The translations under genes were made by a program, and so were the position numbers. From Nitrosopumilus sp. (GTDB lineage: Archaea > Thermoproteota > Nitrososphaeria > Nitrososphaerales > Nitrosopumilaceae), in the NCBI GenBank assembly GCA_965238275.1, contig OZ250186.1, positions 2,048,001-2,112,000 of the forward strand: 64,000 bases of DNA. The letters are read 5' to 3'. The notes beneath the pieces were generated by a model. That model was not told the DNA's origin. It made no database searches and saw only the letters and a program-made list of their open reading frames with translations. Below, in pieces: positions 53,158 through 64,000 of the stretch. Positions within the stretch are counted from its first letter, which is position 1, and the number at the start of each line of letters is the position of its first letter.

Positions 53158-53362
53158 AAGGGGGATGAGATGCAGCCGGTATTTTTTAATTGCTATTCAG
53201 GACTGGAGCCAAACGGCCAGGATGGGGATTCATGTCCGGGCCGGAAGCGGTATGCCGTGTCTCCCATGTTGCAGGCATCCAAACTTGCTGATGCTCTGTG
53301 CCGGCGATGCGTCTAGCTGATGCCTCACAAAAGCTTATAATCGCATGAATAACACCCGAAAC

Positions 53363-53677
53363 ATGACAGAATTCACACCAATTTCACAAGCAAAAAAGAT
53401 GCGAAATGGAATCAATACCAAAGCCACGGTGAAAAGCAAGGGAGACTCAAGGACGGTAAACCTTAGAGCCGGAGGAACAATTGATGTCTGCGATGCAATA
53501 ATATCTGACGGCGAGGGTGAAGACAACCAGATGAAACTCACGTTGTGGGGCGACGACATCAAGGCTGTAAATGCCGGCGATACCGTTGTCATTACAAACG
53601 GGTATATCAACGAGTTCAGAGGAGACGTTTCCCTGACAAAAGGAAAGTTCGGTCAGATGGATATTAATCCTCAATAG
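53363..53677 (+). CDS. ssb: Single OB-fold ssDNA-binding protein (SSB/RPA-like)
   Basis: KLTLWGDD...GDTVVITNGYINEFRG..SL..GKFG. Confidence 0.88.
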   Translation: MTEFTPISQAKKMRNGINTKATVKSKGDSRTVNLRAGGTIDVCDAIISDGEGEDNQMKLTLWGDDIKAVNAGDTVVITNGYINEFRGDVSLTKGKFGQMDINPQ

Positions 53678-54273
53678 CTTTTATTAGCACCTTGATTATT
53701 TTTCCAATCAACCAGTGTTATGGCTACCCCGGCCACCGAGACAATCAGGCCCAGTATTAGCATGATTCCGGCATAGGCAATGGGAAACAGAACTGTTGTT
53801 AGGGGGGAGTCAGGGTCGGAGAATGCGGAATTTTCAGGATCCTCAGAAAACATTGCCATGACATGCACGCTCCTATCCCCAAGATTTTGAATCTCAAAGT
53901 CGAGAGTGTCAGACTGGTCGATTTCCAGCGCCTCAAACAGGACAAACTCGTTTTGGGCAAATGTGCCATAGTCATCATCAAAGATGTTAGAGACTTCGAT
54001 TGACAGCCTGTCACCAGGCTGGTAATCGGTTATCTGTATGCCCCACAGCAAAATCACATCAGAGGAACGCATGCTGTATGACGTACGAGCCGAATCACCC
54101 GGATTGATCTGAATCTCGTCAGAAACCTTGTCAAATATGTCCTCATACATCAGTGAAATTGACTGGACACCGGGTCCGGTCATGACTGAAGACGCAATGG
54201 ACATGAGAACAAGAAGGGTGATTCCGATCACGGTCAGACCGGCTGCAAGTATTATCGGACCTCGTCTTCGCAT
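53671..54273 (-). CDS. Hypothetical membrane protein (2 TM helices flanking an extracellular domain)
   Basis: Hydrophobic helices at the N- and C-termini. Confidence 0.78.
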   Translation of the reverse strand: MRRRGPIILAAGLTVIGITLLVLMSIASSVMTGPGVQSISLMYEDIFDKVSDEIQINPGDSARTSYSMRSSDVILLWGIQITDYQPGDRLSIEVSNIFDDDYGTFAQNEFVLFEALEIDQSDTLDFEIQNLGDRSVHVMAMFSEDPENSAFSDPDSPLTTVLFPIAYAGIMLILGLIVSVAGVAITLVDWKNNQGANKSY

Positions 54274-54337
54274 TACAAAGCCGACATGGTTGACCCACAT
54301 TAATGTTATAGATACTCAACGGGCACAAAGACGTAGG

Positions 54338-55692
54338 TCATTTTTTCTTGCCAGATGTGGTTTTGGCCGCCTTAGACGCAGAAGCTGGTTTGGTGGTTTT
54401 TTTGGATTTTACTTTTGTGGTTTTTTTGGCCGGTTTAGACGCAGAAGCTGGTTTGGTGGTTTTTTTGGCCGGTTTAGACTCTGGTTTGCCAGGAGTTTTT
54501 GCAGTTATCTTGGGCTTAGGAACCGGCTTAGTGGGATTTTTAATTTTTTTGGATTTTGCCAGCTTTTTTACAGGTTTTTTGGCGGGCTTGGATGCCGATG
54601 GCTTTTTGGCGGGTTTTTTGGCGGGCTTGGATGCCGATGGCTTTTTGGCGGGTTTTTTGGCGGGCTTGGATGCCGATGGCTTTTTGGCGGGTTTTTTGGC
54701 GGGCTTGGATGCCGATGGCTTTTTGGCGGGTTTTTTGGCGGGCTTGGATGCCGATGGCTTTTTGGCGGGTTTTTTGGCGGGCTTGGATGCCGATGGCTTT
54801 TTGGCGGGTTTTTTGGCGGGCTTGGATGCCGATGGCTTTTTGGCGGGTTTTTTGGCGGGCTTGGATGCCGATGGCTTTTTGGCGGGCTTGGATGCCGATG
54901 GTTTTTTTTTGGCGGGCTTGGATGCCGATGGCTTTTTGGCGGGCTTGGATGCCGATGGCTTTTTTTGGCGGGCTTGGCGGGTTTTTTGGCGGGCTTGGAT
55001 GCCGATGGCTTTTTGGCTGGCTTGGCCGGTTTTTTCTTGGATGATGCCATCTTGGCTCTTTTGGCAAGAGCATTCTGAAGTCTCAGCGTTTCCTGTTTCG
55101 ATGCCTGTTCTGCAGATGCCACTGCCTGGACCTGCTTTTTCAGTTCTCCTGCAAGATTTTTTGCCATGCTGCGGGAATTGGCCATGGTCTTTTTCAGGGA
55201 ATTCTTCAGCTGTGCATGTTTTTGAATTTTAGAGAAGGATTCGGATTTCATTTTGGAATATTGCGCTATTTCCCGTACCACTTTTCCTGCAGTCTTTTCC
55301 CGGCTATTAATCTCAGAGACAAGATCCTGAACATGCCTGGTAAGCTGCTGCAGTCTGTAGTCGGCATCCTGCCTTCCGTCAGAATCATCAGCAGGTGCCG
55401 CCTTTTGTTCAACCGTAATGATCTCGTTTTTTTCCATGGACAATCGCTGCTTGGCACCGTCTATCAGCCGTCCAATGCTGTCCATCTGGGAGTTTCTTTG
55501 AACAAGAGTAGCGGAGATGTCAGACGTGTGTTCGCCTTCTGCATCCATCTTCCTCTCAAGCAGTGCAATACGGGCAGACAGTCTTTTTTCAACAGAACGA
55601 ATCTTCTTTAGATCATTGCGGGCTTTCATCTCCAAAGCTACCGATTCCTTTGTTCTTTGATACAATTTTGCTAGTTTATCCAGGGATGCCAT
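54338..55692 (-). CDS. Coiled-coil protein with long Lys/Pro/Ala (histone H1-like) repeat tail, frameshifted at about 54960-54966
   Basis: Frame from 55692 reads ...KKPAKPAKK and then shifts. The other frame continues (KKPAKKPSASKPA)n...KTTSGKKK to TGA at 54338. Confidence 0.75.
54572..55030. repeat. Coding tandem repeat: eight 39-bp units plus four shorter or variant units
   Basis: GATGCCGATG core at 54591 with period 39 up to 54864, then at 54891, 54921, 54948 and 54998. Confidence 0.95.
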
Positions 55693-56439
55693 TCACCATA
55701 CCAACGATGCAGAGTATAAGGCGGTTTATATAGTTATAAATTAATTTTTTATATAGACCCCGTTTGGTTTTAGGCACGGATTTGCAAACAGTTCTGTATT
55801 TTCACGCCTACGCCGGTGGTAGACTAGCATGTACGACTTTTTAGTTAGGAAAAATAGCAGGACACGATCCACCGATATGCCTTTTGAGGCTAAAATCCGC
55901 GCATCAGTGTTTAATTATGAAAAATTATAAAAATCACAACGGCGGGTTTGAGACAGCCTGCATGACATTATGCTGCAAATTACCTATGGATACCTGTTTT
56001 CTGCTAAATTTCAGACATCCTGCACGCCTTGGACTGCAACGGGAGTTGGGTTATTTTCGGAGGGGTCGTTGTCATTCCAGGCATGTATTTTCTGACTAAC
56101 CGGTAAAACCCACGCCGCGCATTTCACGCATCATGCCCGTCACCAAAACCCCTTCCCCCAGCGTCCCCCTCAGTCAGGCTCCCCTACTGGATCCTGCGTG
56201 TCTCTGCAGGCACCCCAGATGCCATCCTGCAGGCATTATCATGACAGTCAACATCACGCATGATGGTGGCAGGCAGAACCCCCGTTGCCCATTCCCAGCG
56301 GTTTTACAAGCAGGATACGGTTTTTCCCATCCGGATGTCTCCTGTCCACCAGACTGCAATCTGCCTCGCATGCCATCGTCCCCGTTACGAGACCCGGCTG
56401 TTTTTGAAAGAATATTAGTCAATGTATTCCAGCAGGATC

Positions 56440-56751
56440 ATGGATTTTCATCCAAGGGATCTCCCCATATCAAAGGCATACGACATAACAGACGAAAGGG
56501 GCGTTCCCGACGCGGTAGATGACATGGTAAGATTGGGATTCAGCGGCAGGAAGGACGGATTCAGGGTTTTGATGCCAAAGGAATCAAAGACTGCAAAAAG
56601 AATCGGATACATGGTAACGACCGGGGTGACACACGGACTAAGAAAGAAAAACGAGATCAGGGATGTCAGGTACTGGACATACCACCACGACGAGGATCAT
56701 TACGCAATAGTCCTGATAAGCGGTTCTGTCCTGGAATCATTGGGTTTTTGA
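56440..56751 (+). CDS. Hypothetical protein
   Basis: 103-aa ORF with normal codon usage. Confidence 0.7.
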   Translation: MDFHPRDLPISKAYDITDERGVPDAVDDMVRLGFSGRKDGFRVLMPKESKTAKRIGYMVTTGVTHGLRKKNEIRDVRYWTYHHDEDHYAIVLISGSVLESLGF

Positions 56752-57408
56752 TCTCTCGAAGATTTTGTACAGCTTTGTCCTGTGGGCCAGTACGCCTGCC
56801 AGCATGATGCCAATGACGGTTCCGCCAATAACGTCCATCGGGTAGTGCTGCAGGACGTAAATTCTGCTGACAGATACCATTGCAGGGTACAGGAACATCA
56901 GGTATGCCCCGCGCGGAAACCGCTCAGACAAGGCATATCCGAGAATTATCGCAAATATCATGGATCTTGCCGCATGTCCGGACGGGTACGAGGCGTCATA
57001 CCCGCCCTCGCAAAACAGGGAAAACGTATCACGGCTGATATCCACAGGGAACGGCACGCCCTCAAAGTCATAGTCTGGTCGGTCCCGGTCAATGCCGCAC
57101 TTGATGTATCCGGTAAGCAGCGTGGATATCACTATCAGAATCATCAGGGTGATGCCTATCCTGCGGGTCTTTGGAATTATCAGCACCAGAATTCCAAACA
57201 TCAGCATGTTAAAGACGTCCCCGCTCTCGGTAATGGACTGCATGACGATGTCAGCTGTGGGATCTCCGACATTCTGAGAGAAGAACAAGGCCACGCTGTG
57301 ATCAAAGCCGTCAGTTGCTCCCGAATATACCGTGACGGCAAGAATCAGGGACAGTACTGCCAATAGTACGAAGGAGCGCGACCTGACTTCAAAGATCCAA
57401 TCTTGCAA
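56737..57408 (-). CDS. PAP2 family membrane phosphatase
   Basis: K-x6-RP, SYPSGH and SRIYVLQHYPMDV. Confidence 0.93.
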   Translation of the reverse strand: MQDWIFEVRSRSFVLLAVLSLILAVTVYSGATDGFDHSVALFFSQNVGDPTADIVMQSITESGDVFNMLMFGILVLIIPKTRRIGITLMILIVISTLLTGYIKCGIDRDRPDYDFEGVPFPVDISRDTFSLFCEGGYDASYPSGHAARSMIFAIILGYALSERFPRGAYLMFLYPAMVSVSRIYVLQHYPMDVIGGTVIGIMLAGVLAHRTKLYKIFERSKTQ

Positions 57409-57768
57409 TCAGTTACTCATCAGGCGGGTGCTGTTTTTAGTTTTTCCAATCATTTCCTGAACTGTTTTGGCAGTCCCGTCACAGGCTCCAACGCAAGCAT
57501 GTCAGGAATTTTGCCTGCGGTAAAATTTTGTGAGCACCGATGATGGAACACGCCATGCGTGTGATCTTTTGGGCTGTCACATCCTCATAATGCCGTCCCC
57601 GGAATTTGGGTGACATTGCACATCCGGGATGTGCATGTCCAGAGATCCCAAAGGCAGGCACTGCCATTTGCAGAATTAATCACGCCCATGCATGGGCAAG
57701 TCTGGTATCAGGGCACATGCCTTTGGGGACGGCTCAACGAATTTATCCGAGTGAATGGTACGATCGCT

Positions 57769-58977
57769 GTGAAGATTCTCACGCTGGACGACTTTGACCT
57801 AAAATCCAAGACCGTCTTTCTGAGAGTGGATATGAACTGCCCAATTGATCCCATAACGATGGAGATTCTGGGCACCAAAAGAATCGAGGAGACCACAGAG
57901 ACGATCAAGGCGCTCAAGGACTCCAAGGTGGTTGTCGCATCACACCAGGGCAGGGTTGGAAACAAGGACTACTGCGGAATGGCCATGCATGCAAAGGTTC
58001 TAGAAGGGATGATGGGCAGGAAGATAAAATATGTAGAGGACGTGATTGGCCAGGCTGCGCAAGATGCCATAAAGAACATGCAGGACGGCGACATCATGTT
58101 TTTGGACAACCTCAGGCTGTGCGCCGAGGAAAATTACGAGTTTTTGCCAAAGAACGCGGCCAAGACGATCATGGTCTCCAGGCTCTCCAAGCTCTTTGAT
58201 CTCTGCATACTGGATTCATTTCCCAGCGCGCACCGCTCCCATCCGTCGATCGTGGGATTTCCGCAGGTTCTGCCTGCATGCGCAGGACGGATAGTCGAAA
58301 AAGAGGTCAGAAACCTCGACGAGATAATGACTGTGGCCAAGGCGCCGCACGTGATTGTTCTTGGCGGATCCAAGGTGATGGACAGGCTTGAGGCGATCAA
58401 GCTGCTGATTCAGAACGGCCGGGCAGACTACATCCTGCTGACAGGACTCATAGGAAACGTCTTCATGCGCGCGCAGGCAAGAATCAAGTCGCCGCTTGGA
58501 ATCGGAAAGGAAGACGAGGTTGTCGCAAAGGCGCATGTCCTGATTGGCGAGTATCCGGACGTGTTTGTGACCCCGGTGGATGTCGCAGTGGACAAGGACG
58601 GCGACAGGATGGAGATGGATGTCAGGGAGATGGGCAAGGATGACAAGATATATGATCTTGGTCCAAAGACTGTGGAGTATTATTCAAAGTTGATTGCAGG
58701 CGCAGGAACCGTGTTTATCAGCGGACCGGCAGGATTCTTTGAAAGGGAGAACTTTAGTTACGGCACGAGGGCGCTGCTCAGCGCGGTTGCAAACTCGATG
58801 GCCACGACCATTGTCAGCGGGGGACACCTGACCACCGCGCTAAAGCGGTACGGACTGGCCGACAGGATCAACCACACAAGTACTGCAGGCGGGGCGCTGG
58901 TGCTCTACCTTACGGGAAGAAAGCTGCCAATGATCAGGGCGCTTGAGGATGCGGCCGCAAGATACAGGTCTAAATAG
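57769..58977 (+). CDS. pgk: Phosphoglycerate kinase
   Basis: LRVDMNCP, SHQGR, AHRSHPS, LGGSK and STAGGA. GTG start. Confidence 0.96.
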   Translation: MKILTLDDFDLKSKTVFLRVDMNCPIDPITMEILGTKRIEETTETIKALKDSKVVVASHQGRVGNKDYCGMAMHAKVLEGMMGRKIKYVEDVIGQAAQDAIKNMQDGDIMFLDNLRLCAEENYEFLPKNAAKTIMVSRLSKLFDLCILDSFPSAHRSHPSIVGFPQVLPACAGRIVEKEVRNLDEIMTVAKAPHVIVLGGSKVMDRLEAIKLLIQNGRADYILLTGLIGNVFMRAQARIKSPLGIGKEDEVVAKAHVLIGEYPDVFVTPVDVAVDKDGDRMEMDVREMGKDDKIYDLGPKTVEYYSKLIAGAGTVFISGPAGFFERENFSYGTRALLSAVANSMATTIVSGGHLTTALKRYGLADRINHTSTAGGALVLYLTGRKLPMIRALEDAAARYRSK

Positions 58978-59317
58978 GTGCCCCGCAGGCCGGATTCGGG
59001 CATGTACTGTCCTCGGAGCCGCCCATATGGACATCAAGGTTGCAGGAATTGCAGTGGACGCTCTCAACGGGATCAAAGAGTTTCATCCAGATCGTCGTAA
59101 AGTTCTGCGCAATGTTTCTGGCAAGCCCGGAGTCGCACATGTCATTAAACATGTACTCCACATCATCAATCATCCATGACGGATCCATGTCGCCATTCTT
59201 TACAAGTATCTCAAAGATTTCGTCGTTGGTAAACCTGGCCTCAACGTCGTTGAACCGCTCAAAGATTATCTTCCTTATCTGCAGCGGGATGGGGGTTGAG
59301 GGGGTAAATCCGCTCAT
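58970..59317 (-). CDS. Hypothetical protein with C-terminal zinc ribbon
   Basis: CNSC...CPNPACG. Last gene of the suf operon. Confidence 0.75.
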   Translation of the reverse strand: MSGFTPSTPIPLQIRKIIFERFNDVEARFTNDEIFEILVKNGDMDPSWMIDDVEYMFNDMCDSGLARNIAQNFTTIWMKLFDPVESVHCNSCNLDVHMGGSEDSTCPNPACGAPI

Positions 59318-59318
59318 A

Positions 59319-59753
59319 TCAGTACAGGTTGGCGGCCTCTTCCTTGAGCCTGTCTGCATCATCGACATGCTCCCCAAGATACGTGTAGAGGGCAGATTTT
59401 AGCACCTTGAGTGAGAGCAGGGCGCATTTTATCCGCACGGCCTGCAGGTGTTCAAGTCCAAGCTCGCCTAGCACGTCGCTCTTGTCGATCTTTCGCACAT
59501 CCTCGATGCTCTTGCCTTTTGTTATCTCAGTGAGTACCGATGAGCAGGCCATGCATATTGCGCAGCCCTTTCCGTGGAATTTGATATCAGATACGGTCTG
59601 GCCGTCAATCTTCATATCAATGTCAATGCTGTCGCCGCACAGCGGGTTTGAGTCATGGAAGGTGACGTCATGATCCTCTATCTTGCCATAGTTTACAGGG
59701 TTCCTAGAGTAGTCAATTATCATCTCATGGTATATGTCGGCGTTGCTGCTCAT
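59319..59753 (-). CDS. sufU: Fe-S scaffold/sulfur-transfer protein SufU/IscU
   Basis: NPLCGD, GCAIC and RIKCALL. Confidence 0.93.
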   Translation of the reverse strand: MSSNADIYHEMIIDYSRNPVNYGKIEDHDVTFHDSNPLCGDSIDIDMKIDGQTVSDIKFHGKGCAICMACSSVLTEITKGKSIEDVRKIDKSDVLGELGLEHLQAVRIKCALLSLKVLKSALYTYLGEHVDDADRLKEEAANLY

Positions 59754-60991
59754 AGCTTGAAGAGCCTCGCTACAGTGTTTAACGACCTTATCAGGGCATC
59801 GACGTCCTCCCTGGTATTGTATATGTAAAAGCTGGCACGGGATGTAGCTGCAACATTCATCCTCTCCATGAGGACCTGGGCGCAGTGGTGCCCGGAACGG
59901 ATTGCGATTCCCTCTGCGTCCATTATCTGGGCCACATCATGCGGATGCACGTCGGCAAAGTTAAACGAGATGACGCCTCCGCGCTTTGATATGTCCGTGG
60001 TGCCGTAGATGTGGAGCCCCTTTACCTCGGAGAGCTTCTCCAGGGCGTATCCGGTCAGTTCGACTTCGTGTCTTCTCACGTTTGCCATTCCCACTCCGGC
60101 AAGATAGTCGACTGCGGCCCCAAGCCCTACGACGTCGGCAATGTTTGGCGTGCCTGCCTCGAACTTGTATGGGAGATCGTTCCAGGTGGTCTCGTACTTG
60201 TGTACCTCGCGTATCATGTCCCCCCCTCCATGGAACGGACTCATGGTCTCGAGTACGGATCTTCTGACCCACAGCACCCCGATTCCCGTGGGCCCGAGCA
60301 TCTTGTGGCCTGAGAAGGCGAAAAAATCGCACCCTATCTTCTGCAAGTCGACTGGCATGTGCGGTACTGCCTGCGCTCCGTCTACCAGCGTCAGGACGTT
60401 GGAGTCTTGGCACCTCTTGATTATTCCCTGTGCGTCAGTTATTGTTCCAAGTACGTTGGACATCAGGCTAAACGCTACAATCTTGACCTTTCCGGTGGCA
60501 AGATACCGGTCAAGATCATCAAGGATTAGTTCCCCGTCATCATCCGTCCGGATATACTCTAGCTTTGCGCCCTTCTCCTGTGCAAGAAGCTGCCAGGGGA
60601 CGATGTTGCTGTGATGCTCGTATTCGGTGGTGACAATTACATCCCCCTTGCCCACATGGCTTCTGCCCCATGCGTATGCAACCAGGTTGATGGCCTCGGT
60701 GGTCCCACGTACAAAGATGATCTCCTCCCGGTTTTTGACGTTGACAAAGTCTGCCACCTTGTCCCGGGCCGCCTCGTATGCCTGGGTCGCCTCCTCGGCC
60801 AGGGCGTATACGGCACGGTGAATGTTTGCGTTGTAGTTTTGGTAGTAGTCGGTTATGGCATCAATGACCTGCCTGGGCTTTTGCGTGGTGGATGCATTGT
60901 CCAGATAGACAAGGGGCTTGCCTTCCCTGACGGTGCGCTGCAGTATTGGAAAGTCCTTTCTCAAATTCTCAAACAACTGTGCCCTCTGCAT
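59750..60991 (-). CDS. sufS: Cysteine desulfurase SufS
   Basis: YLDNAST, EHHSN, SGHKM and RSGHHCA. Confidence 0.97.
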   Translation of the reverse strand: MQRAQLFENLRKDFPILQRTVREGKPLVYLDNASTTQKPRQVIDAITDYYQNYNANIHRAVYALAEEATQAYEAARDKVADFVNVKNREEIIFVRGTTEAINLVAYAWGRSHVGKGDVIVTTEYEHHSNIVPWQLLAQEKGAKLEYIRTDDDGELILDDLDRYLATGKVKIVAFSLMSNVLGTITDAQGIIKRCQDSNVLTLVDGAQAVPHMPVDLQKIGCDFFAFSGHKMLGPTGIGVLWVRRSVLETMSPFHGGGDMIREVHKYETTWNDLPYKFEAGTPNIADVVGLGAAVDYLAGVGMANVRRHEVELTGYALEKLSEVKGLHIYGTTDISKRGGVISFNFADVHPHDVAQIMDAEGIAIRSGHHCAQVLMERMNVAATSRASFYIYNTREDVDALIRSLNTVARLFKL

Positions 60992-60992
60992 T

Positions 60993-61310
60993 TCAAACCT
61001 CCACGTAAATCGAGTCGCCGTCTATTTTAACATTGTATACCCTGAGGGAGTCCTCTGCAGGCGGGTTCTGCGGCTCCCCGGTATCCAGATTAAACACGGA
61101 AAGGTGCAGCGGGCACCGCACTCCCTCATCGCTGAGAAAGCCCGTCGAGAGATCCGCGTCTGCATGCGTGCATATAAGGTTAGTTGCATGCATGTTCCCG
61201 CGTACATTGGCAAGCAGTATTCTCTTCTCATCGTGCACAAACCCGAAGAGCTGGCCCTCAGGAACATCCTTGATGCCGCAGGCTCTAATCCATTCGGCCA
61301 CATGAATCAC
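60993..61310 (-). CDS. Rieske-type [2Fe-2S] ferredoxin
   Basis: CTH...CPLH ligands. Confidence 0.92.
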   Translation of the reverse strand: MIHVAEWIRACGIKDVPEGQLFGFVHDEKRILLANVRGNMHATNLICTHADADLSTGFLSDEGVRCPLHLSVFNLDTGEPQNPPAEDSLRVYNVKIDGDSIYVEV

Positions 61311-62707
61311 CGGTACTTGTAGTGCTGCTCAACTTCTGCATCCTCGTTGTAGCGCGTCTCCTCGACTTCTACGAATTTTGCAAGCTCCTCGTCTGTATTG
61401 ATGCCAAGCTCCCGGCTCTCCCATTTGGACTCTATAAGGTAGGCAATCCATGCCCTTACCTGAAAGGACATCTTTCTTGAGAGGGGCTCTAAGAATCCCT
61501 CCACGATGGTTCTTTCTGCCTCCTCGTGGCTAAGGCACCTGGTCTTGAGATAGAAGATCTGCTCCTCGTCAATCTGCGCAACGGATGCAGAGTGTGTCGC
61601 CTTTACGTCGTTTGTGAATATCTCAAGTCCTGGAATCGCGTCTGACTTTGCATCCTTGTCCAGAAGGATGGATCGTCCGGACAGGAACGAGTTTGACTTT
61701 GCGGCATTCTCCATTATTCTTATCATTCCCTTGAAGAGCGACTTTGAGCTGTCCCTTAGGATTGACTTTTCGACCACCCTTGCCTCGGTTGCCTGACTCC
61801 GATGGTTCACGCTGGTCTGAATGTCAAAGGACTGCTCCTGGTTGCCAAATACTACCTCAGAGTCGTTGGCAGAAGAGCCGGCCCCGTTGAGATAGTAGTC
61901 GATCTTGTATCTGGACAGCATTGAGCCAAAGAGGCCCGAATACCAGTTTACAGTGGAATCCCTTGCAAGGTCTGTCCGCCGTGTTGAAAAGTTTACAGAG
62001 TGCTGGTCCATCATCTGCAGGGTGGTAAAGTCCAGGTGTGAGTTTTCTCCGGCAGTGATGCTTAGCATCTCAAGGTATGCCTGCTGGGTGTCTGATTTTG
62101 GGGAGTAGATCTCCTGGACTATTGTGGCCTTGCTGCTCTGGCCTGCAAGGATGACGTTTCTGGAGATTGTCGAGCGGCCGTCTTCTGACAGGCATACCAA
62201 AAGATGGATGGGTTCTGCCAGGACAAGGTTGCGCGGAATGTGTATGAACATTCCAGAGTTGAATGCGGCGTTGTTGAGTGCCGTAAACTTGTCCTCCCCG
62301 GAATTTAGAGAGTCCAAGGCGGTCCTCACAAGATCAGGGTGGTTCTGGATGGCATCGGATATGGAGGAGATTATCAGCCCCTTGGATTTTAGATCCTCGG
62401 GAATGTTTATCCGGTGGATGTTTGTCCCGATCTGAATTATGCACATCTTGTCTTCGAGTTCTCCCAGCCGCCTGTCAAGGAATCCCGGAACCGTTCTGGC
62501 AGTGGACGTCGAGAGGAACACCTGGTCGGGATCCATCTTTTTTGCATCGGTGTACTTGTTGTAGAGGGGGGACATCTCAAGTGGCAGGCTGTTGTAGAGG
62601 GACAGGGAGTTTCTCCTGTAGTCGTTGAGCCATTCGGGCTCATGGCCAGACGAGGAGATCTCATCAATATGGCTGGTATTGATTCTTGAAAGGGTTTCTT
62701 GGGACAT
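61307..62707 (-). CDS. sufD: SufD (SufB/D family)
   Basis: DKFTALN, IPGLEIFTNDVKATHSA and QIFYLKTR. Confidence 0.92.
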   Translation of the reverse strand: MSQETLSRINTSHIDEISSSGHEPEWLNDYRRNSLSLYNSLPLEMSPLYNKYTDAKKMDPDQVFLSTSTARTVPGFLDRRLGELEDKMCIIQIGTNIHRINIPEDLKSKGLIISSISDAIQNHPDLVRTALDSLNSGEDKFTALNNAAFNSGMFIHIPRNLVLAEPIHLLVCLSEDGRSTISRNVILAGQSSKATIVQEIYSPKSDTQQAYLEMLSITAGENSHLDFTTLQMMDQHSVNFSTRRTDLARDSTVNWYSGLFGSMLSRYKIDYYLNGAGSSANDSEVVFGNQEQSFDIQTSVNHRSQATEARVVEKSILRDSSKSLFKGMIRIMENAAKSNSFLSGRSILLDKDAKSDAIPGLEIFTNDVKATHSASVAQIDEEQIFYLKTRCLSHEEAERTIVEGFLEPLSRKMSFQVRAWIAYLIESKWESRELGINTDEELAKFVEVEETRYNEDAEVEQHYKYR

Positions 62708-62727
62708 TGCCGATCAAAATGCCACTA

Positions 62728-64000
62728 CTAACCGACGGAGTCATCCATCTCTAGTTTTATGAGTCTGTTCAGTTCCACTGCGTACTCCATGGGCAGTTCC
62801 TTTGTGAATGGCTCCATGAACCCGTTGACTATCAGTGACAGCGCCTCTTCCTCGTTGAACCCCCTGCTCATCAGATAGAATATCTGCTCATCGCCGATCT
62901 TTCCAACCGTTGCCTCGTGGGTGACTGTGGCATCCTCCTGGTTGATCTCCATGTATGGGTATGTGTCAGTCTTGGAGGTGTCATCCAGCAGCAACGCATC
63001 GCACCTTACAGTGGACTTTACGCCGGTTGCCCCCTTTGCGACACTGAGGAGTCCCCTGTATGTGGATCTTCCGTCCATTCTGCTTACAGACTTGGATGTG
63101 ATCTTGGAGGTCGTGTTTGGCGCAAGATGAACCATCTTGGCACCGGTATCCTGGTGCTGTCCCTTGCCGGCAAATGCAATTGAGAGTGTCTCGCCGTATG
63201 CCCTCTCGCCCATGAGATAGACTCCCGGATACTTCATTGTAAGCTTGCTTCCGATGTTTCCGTCAATCCACTCCACTGTGGCGCCCTCGTATGCATACGC
63301 ACGCTTTGTGACCAGGTTGTAGACGTCGTTACTCCAGTTCTGGATGGTGGTATACCTCAGACGCGCGTCCTTGTGTGCCACCAGTTCGACTACTGCAGAG
63401 TGCAGCGACTCTGAAGAGTATACCGGGGCCGTGCACCCTTCGATATAGTGGACTTCTGCGCCTTCGTCGACTATTATCAGGGTTCGCTCAAACTGGCCGA
63501 TGTTCTCGGCATTGATTCTAAAGTACGCCTGCAGGGGCATGTCGACTTTCACGCCGGGCGGAACGTAGATGAACGAGCCTCCGCTCCAGACTGCGCTGTT
63601 TAGTGCCGCAAACTTGTTGTCCTCCGGAGGAATGATCTTTGCAAAGTATTTTTTAAATATCTCAGGCTGCTCTTTCAGGGCAGAGTCAGTATCTAAAAAG
63701 AGAACTCCCTGCTTTTGGAGGTCTTCTCTCAGATTGTGGTATACCACCTCGGATTCGTACTGTGCGCCGACGCCTGCGAGAAACTTTTTTTCAGCCTCTG
63801 GAATTCCAAGCTTGTCAAACGTACTCTTGACATTATCCGGAACGTCGTCCCAGCTCTTTTCTGTCTTTTCAGAGGCCTTTGCATAATAGTAGATGTTTTG
63901 AAAGTCAATGACGCTCAGATTTCCGCCCCATGTAGGCATTGGCTTCTTCATGAAGATCTCATATGAGCGCAGCCTGAAATCAAGCATCCATTGTGGCTCA
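62728..64000 (-). CDS. sufB: SufB (start lies beyond the right edge of the window)
   Basis: [29 protein letters not shown] and HEATV. Confidence 0.97.
   Translation of the reverse strand, partial: EPQWMLDFRLRSYEIFMKKPMPTWGGNLSVIDFQNIYYYAKASEKTEKSWDDVPDNVKSTFDKLGIPEAEKKFLAGVGAQYESEVVYHNLREDLQKQGVLFLDTDSALKEQPEIFKKYFAKIIPPEDNKFAALNSAVWSGGSFIYVPPGVKVDMPLQAYFRINAENIGQFERTLIIVDEGAEVHYIEGCTAPVYSSESLHSAVVELVAHKDARLRYTTIQNWSNDVYNLVTKRAYAYEGATVEWIDGNIGSKLTMKYPGVYLMGERAYGETLSIAFAGKGQHQDTGAKMVHLAPNTTSKITSKSVSRMDGRSTYRGLLSVAKGATGVKSTVRCDALLLDDTSKTDTYPYMEINQEDATVTHEATVGKIGDEQIFYLMSRGFNEEEALSLIVNGFMEPFTKELPMEYAVELNRLIKLEMDDSVG

Noticed and set aside
54572-55030. Regular repeat array resembling CRISPR
   Set aside because: Units are contiguous with no unique spacers, have a period divisible by 3, lie in a CDS, and no cas genes are present.
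54128-55232. Plus-strand repetitive ORFs (GFLAGLDAD, WRAWMPMAF, GGLGCRWLF)
   Set aside because: Antisense read-through of a stop-free repeat.
53158-56430. Genomic island integrated at tRNA-Leu
   Set aside because: Somewhat lower GC, but no integrase or duplicated tRNA end, and the genes (ssb, membrane protein) look chromosomal.

Overview
Core-chromosome segment of an ammonia-oxidising-lineage archaeon (Nitrososphaerota/Thaumarchaeota, most likely Nitrosopumilaceae). The call rests on the 16S-23S operon without ITS tRNA, the DnaJ-ferredoxin fusion, multiple TFBs, FBP aldolase/phosphatase and the AhbAB/HemA/HemB cluster. Coding regions look fairly GC-rich and intergenic spacers are long, which suggests a Cenarchaeum-like, possibly host-associated lineage (inference). 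Contents: 16S and 23S rRNA, two intron-containing tRNAs (Tyr-GUA, Leu-CAA), translation and transcription genes, SRP54/SRP19, ScpAB, Suf and tetrapyrrole genes, and two apparently intact IS elements whose ends and target duplications I mapped by eye (IS5/IS903-like with a 9-bp TSD; IS481-like with a 16-bp DR). Items absent from the ORF track: a C/D-box guide sRNA behind aIF-5A (predicted tRNA-Met C34 and 23S targets) and several 30-54 aa micro-proteins. Other observations: four unrelated proteins share an MGLF[G/K] N-terminus, the window carries many microsatellites and slippage duplications, a histone-H1-like repeat tail is frameshifted, a cupredoxin and a GalT homolog lack canonical ligands, and there is a low-GC islet of tiny RHH and membrane genes. 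I could not identify a clearly novel multi-gene system. All calls are by inspection and no database search was run.
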